A stretch of DNA of 62,478 nt, counting the filler. It is 11 parts of 11 records of this genome, joined end to end, with 100 filler letters (N's around TTAATTAATTAA, not from the genome) between each part and the next. Parts side by side here need not be neighbours in the genome. Positions count along the whole stretch, not along the records: positions 1 to 10,885 come from SRR15195285_1891; positions 10,986 to 15,448 come from SRR15195285_1897; 9 more parts are not named here. One strand, written 5' to 3'. Both the position numbers and the translations under genes were made by a program. Every line of letters begins with the position of its first letter. The stretch's first letter is position 1. Positions 1 to 11,224 of this stretch are shown piece after piece. Below the pieces are notes generated by a model. That model saw only the letters and a list, made by a program, of their open reading frames with translations, did not search any database and had not been told where the DNA came from.

Positions 1-366
1 GTGAATGCAAAATTCTCAGATCGAAATTGAAGCTGGACCGGGATGCAGAACGTTTATATTTATAATCGTGGCGCGCGGGCGGGCGCCGGGCGGGCGCGGG
101 GGTGAAAGGACACTCGGCGGCTCCGTCGCGCGTCCCCCGTGGAGGCGTCGCGCCGTGGTGATGCTGCCAGCCATCGCGTCGCGAGGCCGCCAGCGTTTGC
201 AGGCCCACGGTGACCTGATCGACGCAGGCTCTGCAGCTGAACAGCCGTCCTCGAACCCGAAGCCGTACCCACAGCCGTTTCAAAGCCGTACTCAAACCCG
301 CAGATCTCGAAGACGACGTACTCGTGGAGCGTGCGGCGCACGGTCGGTACTGCCGGTTCCATCCGT

Positions 367-1746
367 ATGGATACTGCCAGCGGGTCTGGGCGGCTGTCAT
401 CGGCGCTGTCTGAGGACAGCGCGGCGTCCCCCCAGGATGTCGACGGCTCTCAGGACAGCGAACAGGAACAGTATCGGTCGGAGGCCCACGAGTTCGTGTG
501 CCAGCTTGTGAAGAGCGCTGGCTTCAATCGCCTCACTATCGGAGTGATTGTCATAAACACGGTCAGCATCGGCGCGGAGACCTTTCGTGTTGTCAAAATG
601 GCCGGGTCATTTGCCGTCATTTTCGGGGCCCTGGACCTGATCTTCGTCACCTACTACACGATGGAGCTGGCCCTCAAGATTTACTCCTATCCGCGCTCGT
701 TTTGGGTCTCGAAGTACAACCAATTTGATGTGTTCGTGCTAGCCACGAGCTACGTGCAGCTCGCTCAGGATATATTCGGCGCAGCGCTGCTCCCAATCGG
801 CAACGTGACTTTCCTACGCGTACTGCGGGCGCTGCGGGCCCTCCGAGCCCTGCGGGGGATATCGTTCATCCGCTCGCTGCAGGTGTTGGTGGCAGCGTTG
901 CGAACTACCGTCTCGGAGGTACTTAATCTCGTGCTGCTGCTCGCACTGCTCATGTACATCTTCGGCATCATGGGGTACTATTTCTTCGGCTCGGTCGAGT
1001 GTGCAGGAAAAGGTCACTCCACCCCTGACTGGGAGTCGCTCAGCGCCGCCTGTATGTCGCTGTTTGTGTTCGTTACTGCCGATGGTTGGTCAGACTTGCA
1101 AGCCAAGCTAGACGACGACGGTTATACTGGCTCAAAGCTATTCACCGTCATGTTCCTCTTGGTGGGCCATTTCATCTTTATCAATATCTTCATTGGTGTG
1201 GTCATTAGAAATATAGAACAGGCCGCCCATGAAGAGGCGTCATGGCAAGCACAGCAACGAGCTTCTTCCTACCTCGCCAAGAAGCGCGCTGCCATCGCCG
1301 AGCAGGACAGCAAGCTCTCAAGAAAGATGCAGCATCAGGACAGTGATCATCAGTCCAATGGCAGCAGGTCGAGCGGCGCTTCTGCGCGCAGTGAACATGA
1401 CTCTGGTGACTTCGAAGGAAGACACGTGCAGCGCAACAACGGCATAGGTGAGTGGACAGGTGCCGAAGACGCCACTAGCGCTAGAAGTAAACAGTACCGG
1501 GCTGACGATGCGAAAAACCAAGAGAAGGACCTGGTGGTGCAGCCTCGGCAGACTATCGCGCACCCGATGTGGATAAACACATACCTCGGAGTTTTGAAAC
1601 GCCAGCGGACGGTGATGGGGGGTCGGCTAGCGTTGCAGCACAAGTTAGCGCGGCATCTGACGACTGCAGTGGAGGCAGGTCCGTCGTCGCTCGGTCGCGA
1701 CGAGCTGCAGGCAGTGATCACAAGTGCCGCCAGAACCCGTTGTTGA
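367..1746 (+). CDS. CatSper-type single-domain 6TM voltage-gated Ca2+ channel alpha subunit (closest to CatSper3)
   Basis: Intronless ORF with six hydrophobic segments, S4 voltage sensor LRVLRALRALRALR, pore T-A-D-G-W (TxDxW filter) and S6 FIFINIFIGVV followed by a coiled coil. First ATG is at 367. Confidence 0.8.
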   Translation: MDTASGSGRLSSALSEDSAASPQDVDGSQDSEQEQYRSEAHEFVCQLVKSAGFNRLTIGVIVINTVSIGAETFRVVKMAGSFAVIFGALDLIFVTYYTMELALKIYSYPRSFWVSKYNQFDVFVLATSYVQLAQDIFGAALLPIGNVTFLRVLRALRALRALRGISFIRSLQVLVAALRTTVSEVLNLVLLLALLMYIFGIMGYYFFGSVECAGKGHSTPDWESLSAACMSLFVFVTADGWSDLQAKLDDDGYTGSKLFTVMFLLVGHFIFINIFIGVVIRNIEQAAHEEASWQAQQRASSYLAKKRAAIAEQDSKLSRKMQHQDSDHQSNGSRSSGASARSEHDSGDFEGRHVQRNNGIGEWTGAEDATSARSKQYRADDAKNQEKDLVVQPRQTIAHPMWINTYLGVLKRQRTVMGGRLALQHKLARHLTTAVEAGPSSLGRDELQAVITSAARTRC

Positions 1747-1836
1747 TCAAAGCCCGCACTGGCCTGCCAACGACGGCGCATTCTCCAGCACTGAATTATG
1801 CTGCGCGATCGAACGAGTTAGAATGAAAGAATTAAT

Positions 1837-4390
1837 TCAGTCTGCCACAGATGCTGCCAGCGTTGCTGTCTCCGGCACTGCTAGGGCTGCCTCGACTTCA
1901 GGCCGGAGTGGAGTGTCCCTGCACAGTGAAGACCTGGGTTAGAATCCGATCTTGCGAAAGCACAACAAGGACTCAATTTGCCTGAATATGGTGGAGTACC
2001 GAGGCGAAGGTTTGACTTCGTGCAAGTCAAAGGCTGGTTCAACTCCAAGAAAATTCGCCAGCTTTTGCAGTGTATCGACCTGTTAACGTGCGCATTCAGA
2101 TGTTCACGCCCATGAACGTATGAGAAGCCAGGGTCGTCTTGTGCTTCTCTTACCGGATTTGCTAGCAACTCCTCATAGGACACAGTAATGACCAGGTCAG
2201 CCGGCATCTTGCGTACTGAATCGCGTAGCTCCACGTAGCGTTGCAGGTACCTTTGATGTTCCACCAACGGCAACGGCGAACAACAGTGATTAGCACTATG
2301 TTCAAGTAATCTGATTTCGTCTTGTACTGAATCGTTGAACGGAACAGCTACGGTGGCGTGAGAGTGTTAGCTAAGAAACACTTGACCCGTGCTGGTCCGA
2401 AGATTAGCCAGCTTAGTCGCCCGACTGCAAGACCCACCTGTGGGACCAAATGGTGGCAAAACCATTATCATGCCTAACACATAGCGACTATGACAGGGAC
2501 TTTGCGCACCTCCATCGGTTCTGTGCGGGTAGTGGCAAAGCCAAGGTAGGCTGACAAATATCCCGGACGAAGCAGTGCTGCCGAGAATAAGAAGTAGTAC
2601 GGGTTGAGCGCAGCGTACCCACCTGTTGTGAGGCACACTTGTGTGATCTGCATCAGTGTGATACAGAGTTTGCGTCAAAATGCGCGAATGTTTTTCACTT
2701 ACCGTCATTCTTGCCATCGCTGCCGCTGCCGTTGATGTCAAAGAACGTGATGAAAAACCCAAGCAGCGAGTTGAACAAAGACGGAACTTTTCGTTCAATA
2801 TGCACGAGCTTCACCTTGGCTTCCGTCGATGTTTGTGACCCACTATTTGCGTTCTGCAAGTTGGCCGCCAGGCTGGCTGCATCCTCTTCCTCTGGATTTT
2901 TGTGCAGGATCGTTGTCGCACCAGGCGCAGTGCGTTGGGTTGAAGGCGGCGACTTCCCTAAGGTTTGCTTGTGATAACCCAGAGCGCCACGGGCATCGTC
3001 TACAAGTAGCATCCGTCGAGTAAGCTCGACAAAGCCTCCACCTCCACTAGCTGCGGTAGACCCGATTTCCGTTCCAAGGCCGCATAAGGCCGCGTTGCGG
3101 TCAAGTCTTCTCTTGCGATGGCGAGGCATGAGCCAATGAAGATACTCCTCAGTCGCGCGTGATGATGCCTGGACGCGATCGATCAGCCGGTTGGTCAGCC
3201 CAACGTTCGCAAAATAGTCGTCAATCAATTTCTCAACTCTTGCGACCTCTGCTGGACCTTTCTCGCAGTGCACTAAGCAACGCTCGTAGAATAGGATGTG
3301 GTAACAACTTAAGGCGACGACTTTTCGCGAGCTCTTTTTACCCTCACTGCCATGATCGCTGCTGCCATCCCCGTGTAGGCGCTCGAGAAGTGAGAAGAGA
3401 TAGGTGGTGCCAGAGCGAGGCAAGCCAACCACAGCCACCGTGGTAGCGTCATTCGCGCGTTCGTCTAAACCACCCGCTTCGGCAGTCGGTGTGCTCGACG
3501 CTGTGGCCGCAGCAGCGATCGCTGCTCTCTCAGCCTGGATCTCCTCGTAGAGCTCTGGAGCGAACTCCACCAAGAGCCACTCCTGGCACCAAATAGTCCG
3601 CGCAGCGTACGAGAGCACCATATGCATCATCGGAAGCAGCACTGCCAAGCCGCCGGCCAGCAGAATGCGAAGCGGCAAGGAGTAGGGCAGCCAGCTCGGA
3701 TGCACAAACAACGTCAGCAACGCCGCTCCCACCGAAGGCACTAGCTGCAAGTATGGATACCACGGCAGTACCAACTGGTGGAAGAGCGTCATTTGCAACA
3801 TCGCCACCGCCGCCAGCAATTTCAGGTTGGCGGCGCCAGCGGCGCTTTCACCGATACTCGAACCAGCCGCTGCATGGTCGTCGTCCGCTAATAGGTTGGA
3901 CAGCAGGCCCAGAGCACCCAGCCACACGAAGCAGATAAACAGTTCTCCGGTTGGATCTTTTACTCCGCTGCTCAGCTCGGAAGTACCTGCTCCGGCGAAC
4001 ACGCATCTTGGTCAACAGTAGTGACAACGGAACAGGACCCCATAGTGATCAGCTGATCAGCTCGTTCAACTTGTCAAAATTCCCGGCGAGTGCAATTGGT
4101 GTACATCCAACGGAGAGCAAAGCAATCAGCGAAGAATCCCAATTGCCCAGCCATCCCAGCGCCACGCCGGTGGCCACCAGGCAGCCAGCGCGCCTGACAA
4201 TGCCAATCAGTGCCAGCAGCCAATCTTAGGCGCCAGCACCACGCACATGAACGTGCTGCAAGTATCTCAGTTGAAGCAATCCTTACCGTGTGAGGGTCAC
4301 GGAGCGCACATAGGCGTGGAACGAGCTGCGGTGTGCCCAGTCCGTGTGTGTGAGCATAGCGCTCAGCCCAGGCAGGCCTGGGGATCCCAT
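1837..4390 (-). CDS. Membrane-anchored sulfotransferase-family protein, multi-exon
   Basis: 5'-PSB motif VAVVGLPRSGTTYL in ORF 2695-4002. Spliced C-terminal motif VSYEELLANP|VDTLQKLANFLGV. Several TM helices lie N-terminal. The 5' exons and exact ends are uncertain. Confidence 0.65.
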
Positions 4391-4856
4391 GTGGCGCCCC
4401 GCGCCTTGCGTCCCGCCAACACAGCAGGCACTGTACTAGCGTACAGTACGAACGCAAACCTAGCTGCAGCGTAGAGATGCGGACGGATGCTCACATAGAT
4501 CTTCTTATCGCGCGTGCGCGCGTACACCGGCGACCGCGCGCGCGCGACGACTTCTCGCCGCGAGAGGGGAACTTCAGTCCCCCATGTGCCCAGGTTGAGG
4601 TTGAATACGAGCAATCTTCGGTCCGACCGCTGTAACCGGTAACGGTGTAAGTCGTTTTCCTGTACTGTGTTATTTTCACTTTCCAATACTGTACCACATG
4701 TTCTGAGCCTAGTGCAATCTGGAGTTTTACCAGTTTCCGTGTGCTTTCTCAGAACTCAGATTACATGTATTAACATCAAAATTGCGCGCGGGCGGTTGCC
4801 ACGTCGCCGCCGGAACGCGTTCTCACAAACGGTGCCAGCGCGTCGTACGGCAGAGA

Positions 4857-6405
4857 ATGCGCGGGAGCACGCCGCCAGCGAATGGACGGCTTGCATCGAT
4901 GCTGCGTGCACTGCAACCTGGCCATGTGGCTCAGGAATCAGGCAGCGTTCAAACAGAGAAGGATCAAACAGCCGTTGCCAGCAGCCCATTTCACTCACTT
5001 CCACTGTTCAAGAGCGGGGCACTGGGCTTGACAGACCAGCAGAAGGCCCAGATGGATATTGATGGCCACTTGGTACTTCCTGGGATCTTGACGGACGAGG
5101 CGGTGGATCGCCTGATTGCGAGCATGTCCAAGATTCAGACAATCGCCTCAACCATCGACCAGACATCCGACGGCCACAGAGCTCGTGCCGGTCTGCAGAA
5201 GACGTTCCAGGCTTGGACCCATAATCACGGCGATGCGTCACAGGCTGCGAAGGACGCTAAGCGCGAAGAGTTCCAAGAGGACCTTGCAAAGCTGCGGACT
5301 CAGTACCCAGAGCTGCAGAAGCTGGGCGTGGGACAAACAGCGATGGAGTACGACGAGTACCTGGAGAGCTGTGTCGGGCATCCGCAGATGCTGCGACTGG
5401 CGAGGGACGTTCTTGGGGAGGACATCCGTTTTGATCATATGGTAGCCCTCAACCGACCGGGGGGGGTTGCACCAATGGGCTACCACACACACGAGTATGC
5501 TGACAACAAAACCAGTTTCGATAATGACGAAGAGTTTCCTCGGGTCGGCTCGCTAGCGCCAGACGTCTCCCCAGATGCTACTGTACCCAACGACCCCAGC
5601 CTTGGCATGATTCGCATCTGTAAGAATCTTCATCGGCGGCGAGTCTTGCCTACGATTGCCCCGTTTGGCTAATCTGCCATTGTTGATGATGCAGTCTTCT
5701 ATGTCACAGGATTTGAGAAGGCAGTGCGTGTTCGAGTTGTCATGCCTTTCCATGCAATTGATTGATCTTTCATGAACCATTCTAGAAGCCATTCTAAGTT
5801 CAGTCCTGAGATGTGTATACGGTGCTGTGCAGGGCGGTCCTGATGACAGCAAAGCGGACGGAGGTGGCAATGGAAATTTAAAGGTCGTGCGTGGCTCGCA
5901 CCTTTTTCGCGACCCGACAGCCAATGCCCCCAACGACGACGCGCTGCGTCAGGGGTGGATGACGGATCCTGTGACAGGCAAGACCAGGTTACATCCGCTC
6001 ACACATGAGCCGCTGGAAATCGAAGAGCTAGAGTGTCCACGCGGATCGGTCGTCCTGATGTGGTGCGCCATGCACATGGAACATCGGGGCATATTGCCAG
6101 CAGCGCTACTAAACTATACTAGCAACGACGTTGTTGACAATGTGTTGTACGTGGCGCAAGTTGGCAAAGGATGTAGCTGACCAAGCACTTGCGGACGCAT
6201 GTGTGCACGCAGGACCCATGCACTTCACGGGGTGAATGGCCGATCGGCGATGAGCCCCACGCGATGGTGTGTCGTAACCGCATATCGCAACCCAGGAGCG
6301 CCTTCGCACGCTCGTTGGATTAACAGTGAGTGGGCTGAGAAAGATGTCCCCGGTTTGATCGACCCAGCTCTTGGGCCGCAAGGTCTCAAAGATCACACGT
6401 ATTAA
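4857..6405 (+). CDS. Phytanoyl-CoA dioxygenase (PhyH)-family Fe(II)/2OG dioxygenase, 4 exons
   Basis: DGHLVLPGIL, HTHEY metal ligands, GNLKVVRGSH and spliced W|THALHGV. Three GT-AG introns join ORFs 4782-5672, 5827-6180 and 6199-6405. Confidence 0.8.
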
Positions 6406-6442
6406 GATGGCAATCTAAATTCTGACAATATTCCAGCGTCTG

Positions 6443-7658
6443 CTACAGTTTTGCATTCGCCTGAAAAGCGTGCTCAGTTATCAAGTCCAGCGCCTCGGTT
6501 TGCAACGCTCCGCCAAGTGGCCCGAGGCACACGAGAGAAGAGTAGCACTTTTGTGCATCAATCAGGTTGAGTCGGTCGAAACGAGAGCCTCTCGGCGCAT
6601 CTGCGTAGCGACCTGGCCAACCGAAACACAGGCTTCAGTATGGTTGAACGGTTTCACAATCGTGAATGTAGTCATCGGATTAAGTCGGGGCCACACGACA
6701 CAAAAACAATGCTCGCGTGTGTTGCGAGCACCGCGGCAGAACCGCGGTTGATGAACACACAGTGCTGCTTACCAGTGTGGCACACGCTGCCACCAACACC
6801 TTCTACAATCGGGATGACCGCACAGATATCATAAGCTTGAGCATCTGCAGCAGCCACGTGCCATCCAAATCACCCTTGTTGTGACCACAGAGCCACAACA
6901 TCAGCATCTATAATCATGCAACTGCATCAATACCTCGTACCTGGTGCCTCGAAGGCCAGCTCGATGGAACCTAATGCTAGTAGCCCATAAGCGTATGCGT
7001 TGACTGTGAAAGAGGTGGTCGTCACCGCCGCAACGAGTGCGGTGGCGGCAGAGATGTACCCTTCATCGCCGAGTGCCCCAAATCCAGCCCCACTAACTAC
7101 ACAGCGCGAGTCTGCAAGCGTACACGGCACGTCTCCATCGTGAGAATACGTGATTGGCGTGCCATTGTACGTCGTGGGGTGCCCGTGAGCGCCCAACCAG
7201 CGGTCTCCAGCTACGGGCTGATCGATAACCCCAAGAACTGGTGCACTACGAAAACACAGGCCTATCAACGTGCCCCAGGTCAACGTCCCGGTGGCGAAGT
7301 CCCTTGTGCCATCCACTGGGTCGAGTACCCAGACCCAGTCGCTCTCCAGCCTAACACTGCCAAACTCCTCGCCGAGAATCCCATGTGTTGGGTATCGTGC
7401 TTCGATCAGGCCCCGCATGGCCTTCTCTGCGCTGAGATCAGCTTCGGTCACGACGTCAGGGTACTCTGTATGACTGTCCTTGCTGCGGACGACAGCGGCA
7501 ACGCGGAAGTGGGGTCGAATCTTCTCACCCGACAGGTCAGCCAGCTCGTGAGCAAAACGCAGCAGCTCGTCTGGCACACGCATGCTCTCCAGATCGCACC
7601 CTGCCCTTACTACGGTCGGTACAGTAGTATCGCGTAGATCCGTCGTGAGACACGACAT
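6443..7658 (-). CDS. hisN: Inositol monophosphatase-family histidinol-phosphate phosphatase (HisN/IMPL2-like)
   Basis: VTEAD, HGILGEEFG, WVLDPVDGTRDF, WGTLIGL, GVIDQP and spliced YDICAVIPIVEGVGG. The start may be 7583 and the 3' exons are inferred. Confidence 0.75.
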
Positions 7659-7872
7659 ATGCTACCTTACAGGTAGTAATATACGGTACATGTAATGCCT
7701 GATGCACGCACGCGCGAGCGCGTGCATGGTGAGATCATACTTTGTCTAGCCGGGTATAGCTAGTTTGTGAGTCAGCGCGAGAGCGCTAGCTCTCGCGCGT
7801 CGCGCGTCCTCAGTGAAAGCTGCTGCCGGTGCACGTCGACCTCGCTGCTCACGGGTTGCGACGGGTCACGTG
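7659..7872. promoter_or_regulatory. Bidirectional promoter between hisN-like and MATE genes, with CG-rich inverted repeats
   Basis: Divergent ATGs about 215 bp apart. Perfect 10-bp inverted repeat GCGCGAGAGC-gcta-GCTCTCGCGC at 7775-7798. Confidence 0.45.
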
Positions 7873-10139
7873 ATGGCCACCCCGGCTGCAGGTGTGAAGG
7901 GTACTTACGCGCCTGTGTCCCAGGCGGATTCGGTGGCTGATCGAGAGCCGGCCACGCTCATGTCCGTGTACGATGCTTTAGCTAGTATGGGAGAAGTAGA
8001 AAACAGCAACCGCAAGATGACTCGCCTGCGTTCTGCCGGGCTGCTCTAGAACAAACGGACCCATCCACCCGTCCACAGCGTACTCAGATGTGGCGCACTG
8101 GGTTTTGTCTGACTATTCGAACAGCAGTGTCGCAAGCCGCCTCACTTATCCGCATTATGCGTGGTGCTGCAGGTGGCGACCTGTTTCGGCGATCGTCTTC
8201 GGGGGCGACGGTTTTCAGCCCTCGAAGGCAGAGTGTCTGTTCATTCTTAATATTGCGTGGCCCATGGCGCTCTCGGCACTTACAGAGCAAGTCTCGCGGC
8301 AGGCGACCTCCATGCTTGTGGGTCACTTGTCACCACTGTTCCTTGGTGCAGCCACAATGGGCATGATGTTCGTCAATGTCACTGGATTTTCGCTCTGCTT
8401 TGGTGGTATGAGTAGCATGGATACCCTCTGCTCTCAGGCTTACGGCGCGGAGAATTTTTATCTCGTCGGCACTTGGGCGCAGCGTGGGGCGCTTATGTTG
8501 ACCTTCATCATGTGCCCTGTGATCATCTCACTCTGGATTTGGGCTTCAGCACCCGTGTTTAAGCTCATGGGGCTGGACGAAATGACGGCGGAGCTCGCGG
8601 GAGACTACTGTCAAATCTATACACTCGGTCTATGGCCGACACTGATGACCCGAGCGGTCGCTGGCTTCTTGCGCAGCCAGCGCATCGTGCGTCCAGTCAT
8701 GTACTGCACCGGTCTTGGGTCGATTGTCACAACGCTCTTCTGCTTCTGGGCGGTCAGTAAGTATGGTTTCTACGGTGCTCCGCTGGGAGGTGTTTTTGGA
8801 GCTTGGGTGAACTTTGGACTAGTGCTGCTATACTGCAAGTGCTCTGGCTGTCACAAGAGTAAGATTGATTGATCGACATCAGTTTCACACTCGAGCACTG
8901 CATCGCCATTGCTTTTCTAAAACCCCATCGACTGTCGCGAATAGAGTGCTGGGGTGGCTGGTCGAAAGAATCATTGGAAGAATGGGGCTTGCTTGCGAAG
9001 CTTTCAACGGCAGGGATGATGTCGACGATGGGTCAATGGTGGTCCATGGAGATCGCAGCTGGCATGGCTGGCGTCCTCGGCACGATCTCTCTCGCAGCGC
9101 ACTCCTGCATCTCTAACCTCCTCTTCTTTGTTTTTCCGTTCGCCTGTGCGCACAGTCCCTGCATGTTTCGTGCCAATGCAGCCTGCTAGTTGACCAGCGT
9201 TCACACACTAGACATATGCAGACGTGTAGAGTACCCTAGTCGCTGAAGCTCGACGAACGGATGGGCCTGACATCACGCACGCGCGCAGACTCAATCTCTA
9301 TCGCGACTACGATCAGGATCGGCAACCGGCTGGGAGAAGGTCAGGGCATGAAGGGGCGCCAAGCAGGCCACTGCTCAATGGCGATGCTCGGTGGATTTTC
9401 ACTGGTATACGCCTGCATTACCTGGGCTTTGCGTGAGGAGACCCCGCTGCTCTACACCACCGATCCTGAGGTACTCTGGCTGTCCGCTAGCTGCATCCGC
9501 ATCTTCTCTGTCTATCTGGTCTTTTCTTGTGGTATCTGGGCCGTCCGCGCTTCGCTTAACGGCACCGGCAAGCAACCTACATCGGCAAAGATTGCCTTGA
9601 CATCGGCTTACCTAGTTGGAATACCTAGCGCAGCGCTGTGCTGCTTTGTCTTCGGTTGGGGAGTACACGGGCTTTGGGTTGGCCTGACGCTCGGAAACAT
9701 CACAGCCGTCGCTCTGCTGCTCTACAAGGTCGTGAATATTGACTGGGCTCAGGAGACTAGGGTGGCGCGCGACCGTGCTTTAGCAAGGAAGAACGGGCTG
9801 CCCGGTGACAAACCAGATCTAAATGTGGGAGTCGAAAATGAGCAAGATGGTGCAAGGGACGAAGAGGAGGTGGACGCAAGGCGTGGGCTGTTGGATGAAG
9901 AGACCGCTGAGCACTCATGGGTAAGCTTGCACAAGTTGCTGTGTGTGGAGTCTAGTGCCCAGCTGAATGTATGGTCTGCGCTGTGCTCCGAATTTTAGGA
10001 CCGAGCGGCCTCTAGCGATGTCGATCGCTTGCGAAAAGAGTACGAGGAAAAGCTCACCGAGAAAGACCGGCTGCTAGAGAAACTTCAGCGCGATTTGGAG
10101 GAAGCAAAATCTGAGGTTTCTCGCAAATCTGCGAGCTGA
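7873..10139 (+). CDS. MATE (multidrug and toxic compound extrusion) transporter, multi-exon, with C-terminal coiled coil
   Basis: MDTLCSQAYGA, QWWSMEI, IGNRLGEG, LNGTGKQ, YLVGIP and GVHGLWVG. GT-AG introns link ORFs 8090, 8869 and 9261. Last exon DRAASS...KSAS*. Confidence 0.9.
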
Positions 10140-10187
10140 ACTGCTCATAGGAAAGCAAGTAAAGCTTCTGTTCATTTGACCCTGCTC

Positions 10188-10829
10188 TCAGAAAAAGTAG
10201 GCACAGATCGCTTCCCCTGGCTTACTGGTGTTCTGGCATGTCGAGTCCCTCGGACATGTGACTGGGTATCCTGGAACATTCGGCCCGCACTCGAGGGCAC
10301 AGTAGAAATTTGCCCCTGATGCTAAAATACAGTAGCCCTCAGCAGTAGTTGTGGTGTTGTCTATGGTCAATGGCTTGTCGTTCGGACACGTTCCATTATA
10401 CGGTGGGGGTGTAGTGGATGGGCACTGCGGGGCGCAAAACCGCCCAGGCTGACCATTTGCAAGTGTGATCGATCCAGCTATTTCGTCCACCAGGCACCCA
10501 CCCAAACCCGGATCACCATAATGAGGGAACACTGGCGGTGCCGGACGTGGAGGAAACGAGGGTGGTGGCCGAGGAGGTGCTTTCTCTTTGTGCTTGATCG
10601 GAAAAGATGGTTGGGCAGTTAAGCCACACATTCCACAGCTCACGTTGCCAGCCCAGTCAGGTCGAGTCTGAACGTTTCGCGCGAGACGCATGTAGCCTTG
10701 TTCACCCCATACTGTGCCCCAGGAATTCTTTATCAGCCAGTAGTCCTGGCTGAATCCGACAACGAGTACTGCGTGTGACGGCGGCAAAGGGCAGTCGCTC
10801 TCGTTGCTGAGTATGCCCGACTTGTAATG
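10188..10829 (-). CDS. Papain-family (C1A) cysteine protease, 3' part, with Pro-rich linker and Cys-rich C-terminal domain (5' truncated)
   Basis: Catalytic His in SHAVLVVG, catalytic Asn in YWLIKNSWG, and WGEQGYMRL. The exon starts after an AG at 10830-10831. Confidence 0.85.
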   Translation of the reverse strand, partial: HYKSGILSNESDCPLPPSHAVLVVGFSQDYWLIKNSWGTVWGEQGYMRLARNVQTRPDWAGNVSCGMCGLTAQPSFPIKHKEKAPPRPPPSFPPRPAPPVFPHYGDPGLGGCLVDEIAGSITLANGQPGRFCAPQCPSTTPPPYNGTCPNDKPLTIDNTTTTAEGYCILASGANFYCALECGPNVPGYPVTCPRDSTCQNTSKPGEAICAYFF

Positions 10830-10852
10830 CTGCGCACACAGAAGAGGAACGG

Positions 10853-10885
10853 AGCGAGAGACAGAGAGAGAGAGAGAGAGAGAGA
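10853..10885. repeat. (GA)n microsatellite at contig end, intronic
   Basis: Run of GA dinucleotides abutting the N gap. Confidence 0.9.
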
Positions 10886-10985
10886 NNNNNNNNNNNNNNN
10901 NNNNNNNNNNNNNNNNNNNNNNNNNNNNNTTAATTAATTAANNNNNNNNNNNNNNNNNNNNNNNNNNNNNNNNNNNNNNNNNNNN
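10886..10985. other. Artificial contig linker N44-TTAATTAATTAA-N44
   Basis: Six-frame stop spacer, identical at ten sites. Confidence 0.98.
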
Positions 10986-11224
10986 TACTTGCAATAAACT
11001 GTAATCTGTAATCTGAGTCGCCGGTGCGCGGGTGCGCGCGCCGCCGGCTGAGCGAGCTGCCGCGCGCGCGCCGCGCGCGGCACGCGTGCGTACCGCAGCA
11101 ACGCGCGCAGAAGATTTGAAATTCGCATTCGTTTTGCGGTCCTCGGTCAGCTCGGTAAGCTTCTTTTGGTTGGACGGCGCATCGCACGGCGACGGGAATT
11201 CCTGCATCCACGCGGCTGGTTGCC

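Noticed and set aside
5716..5730. Possible GC-AG intron donor (AAG|GCAGTG) in the PhyH gene
   Set aside because: A canonical in-phase GTGCGT donor lies 3 nt downstream.
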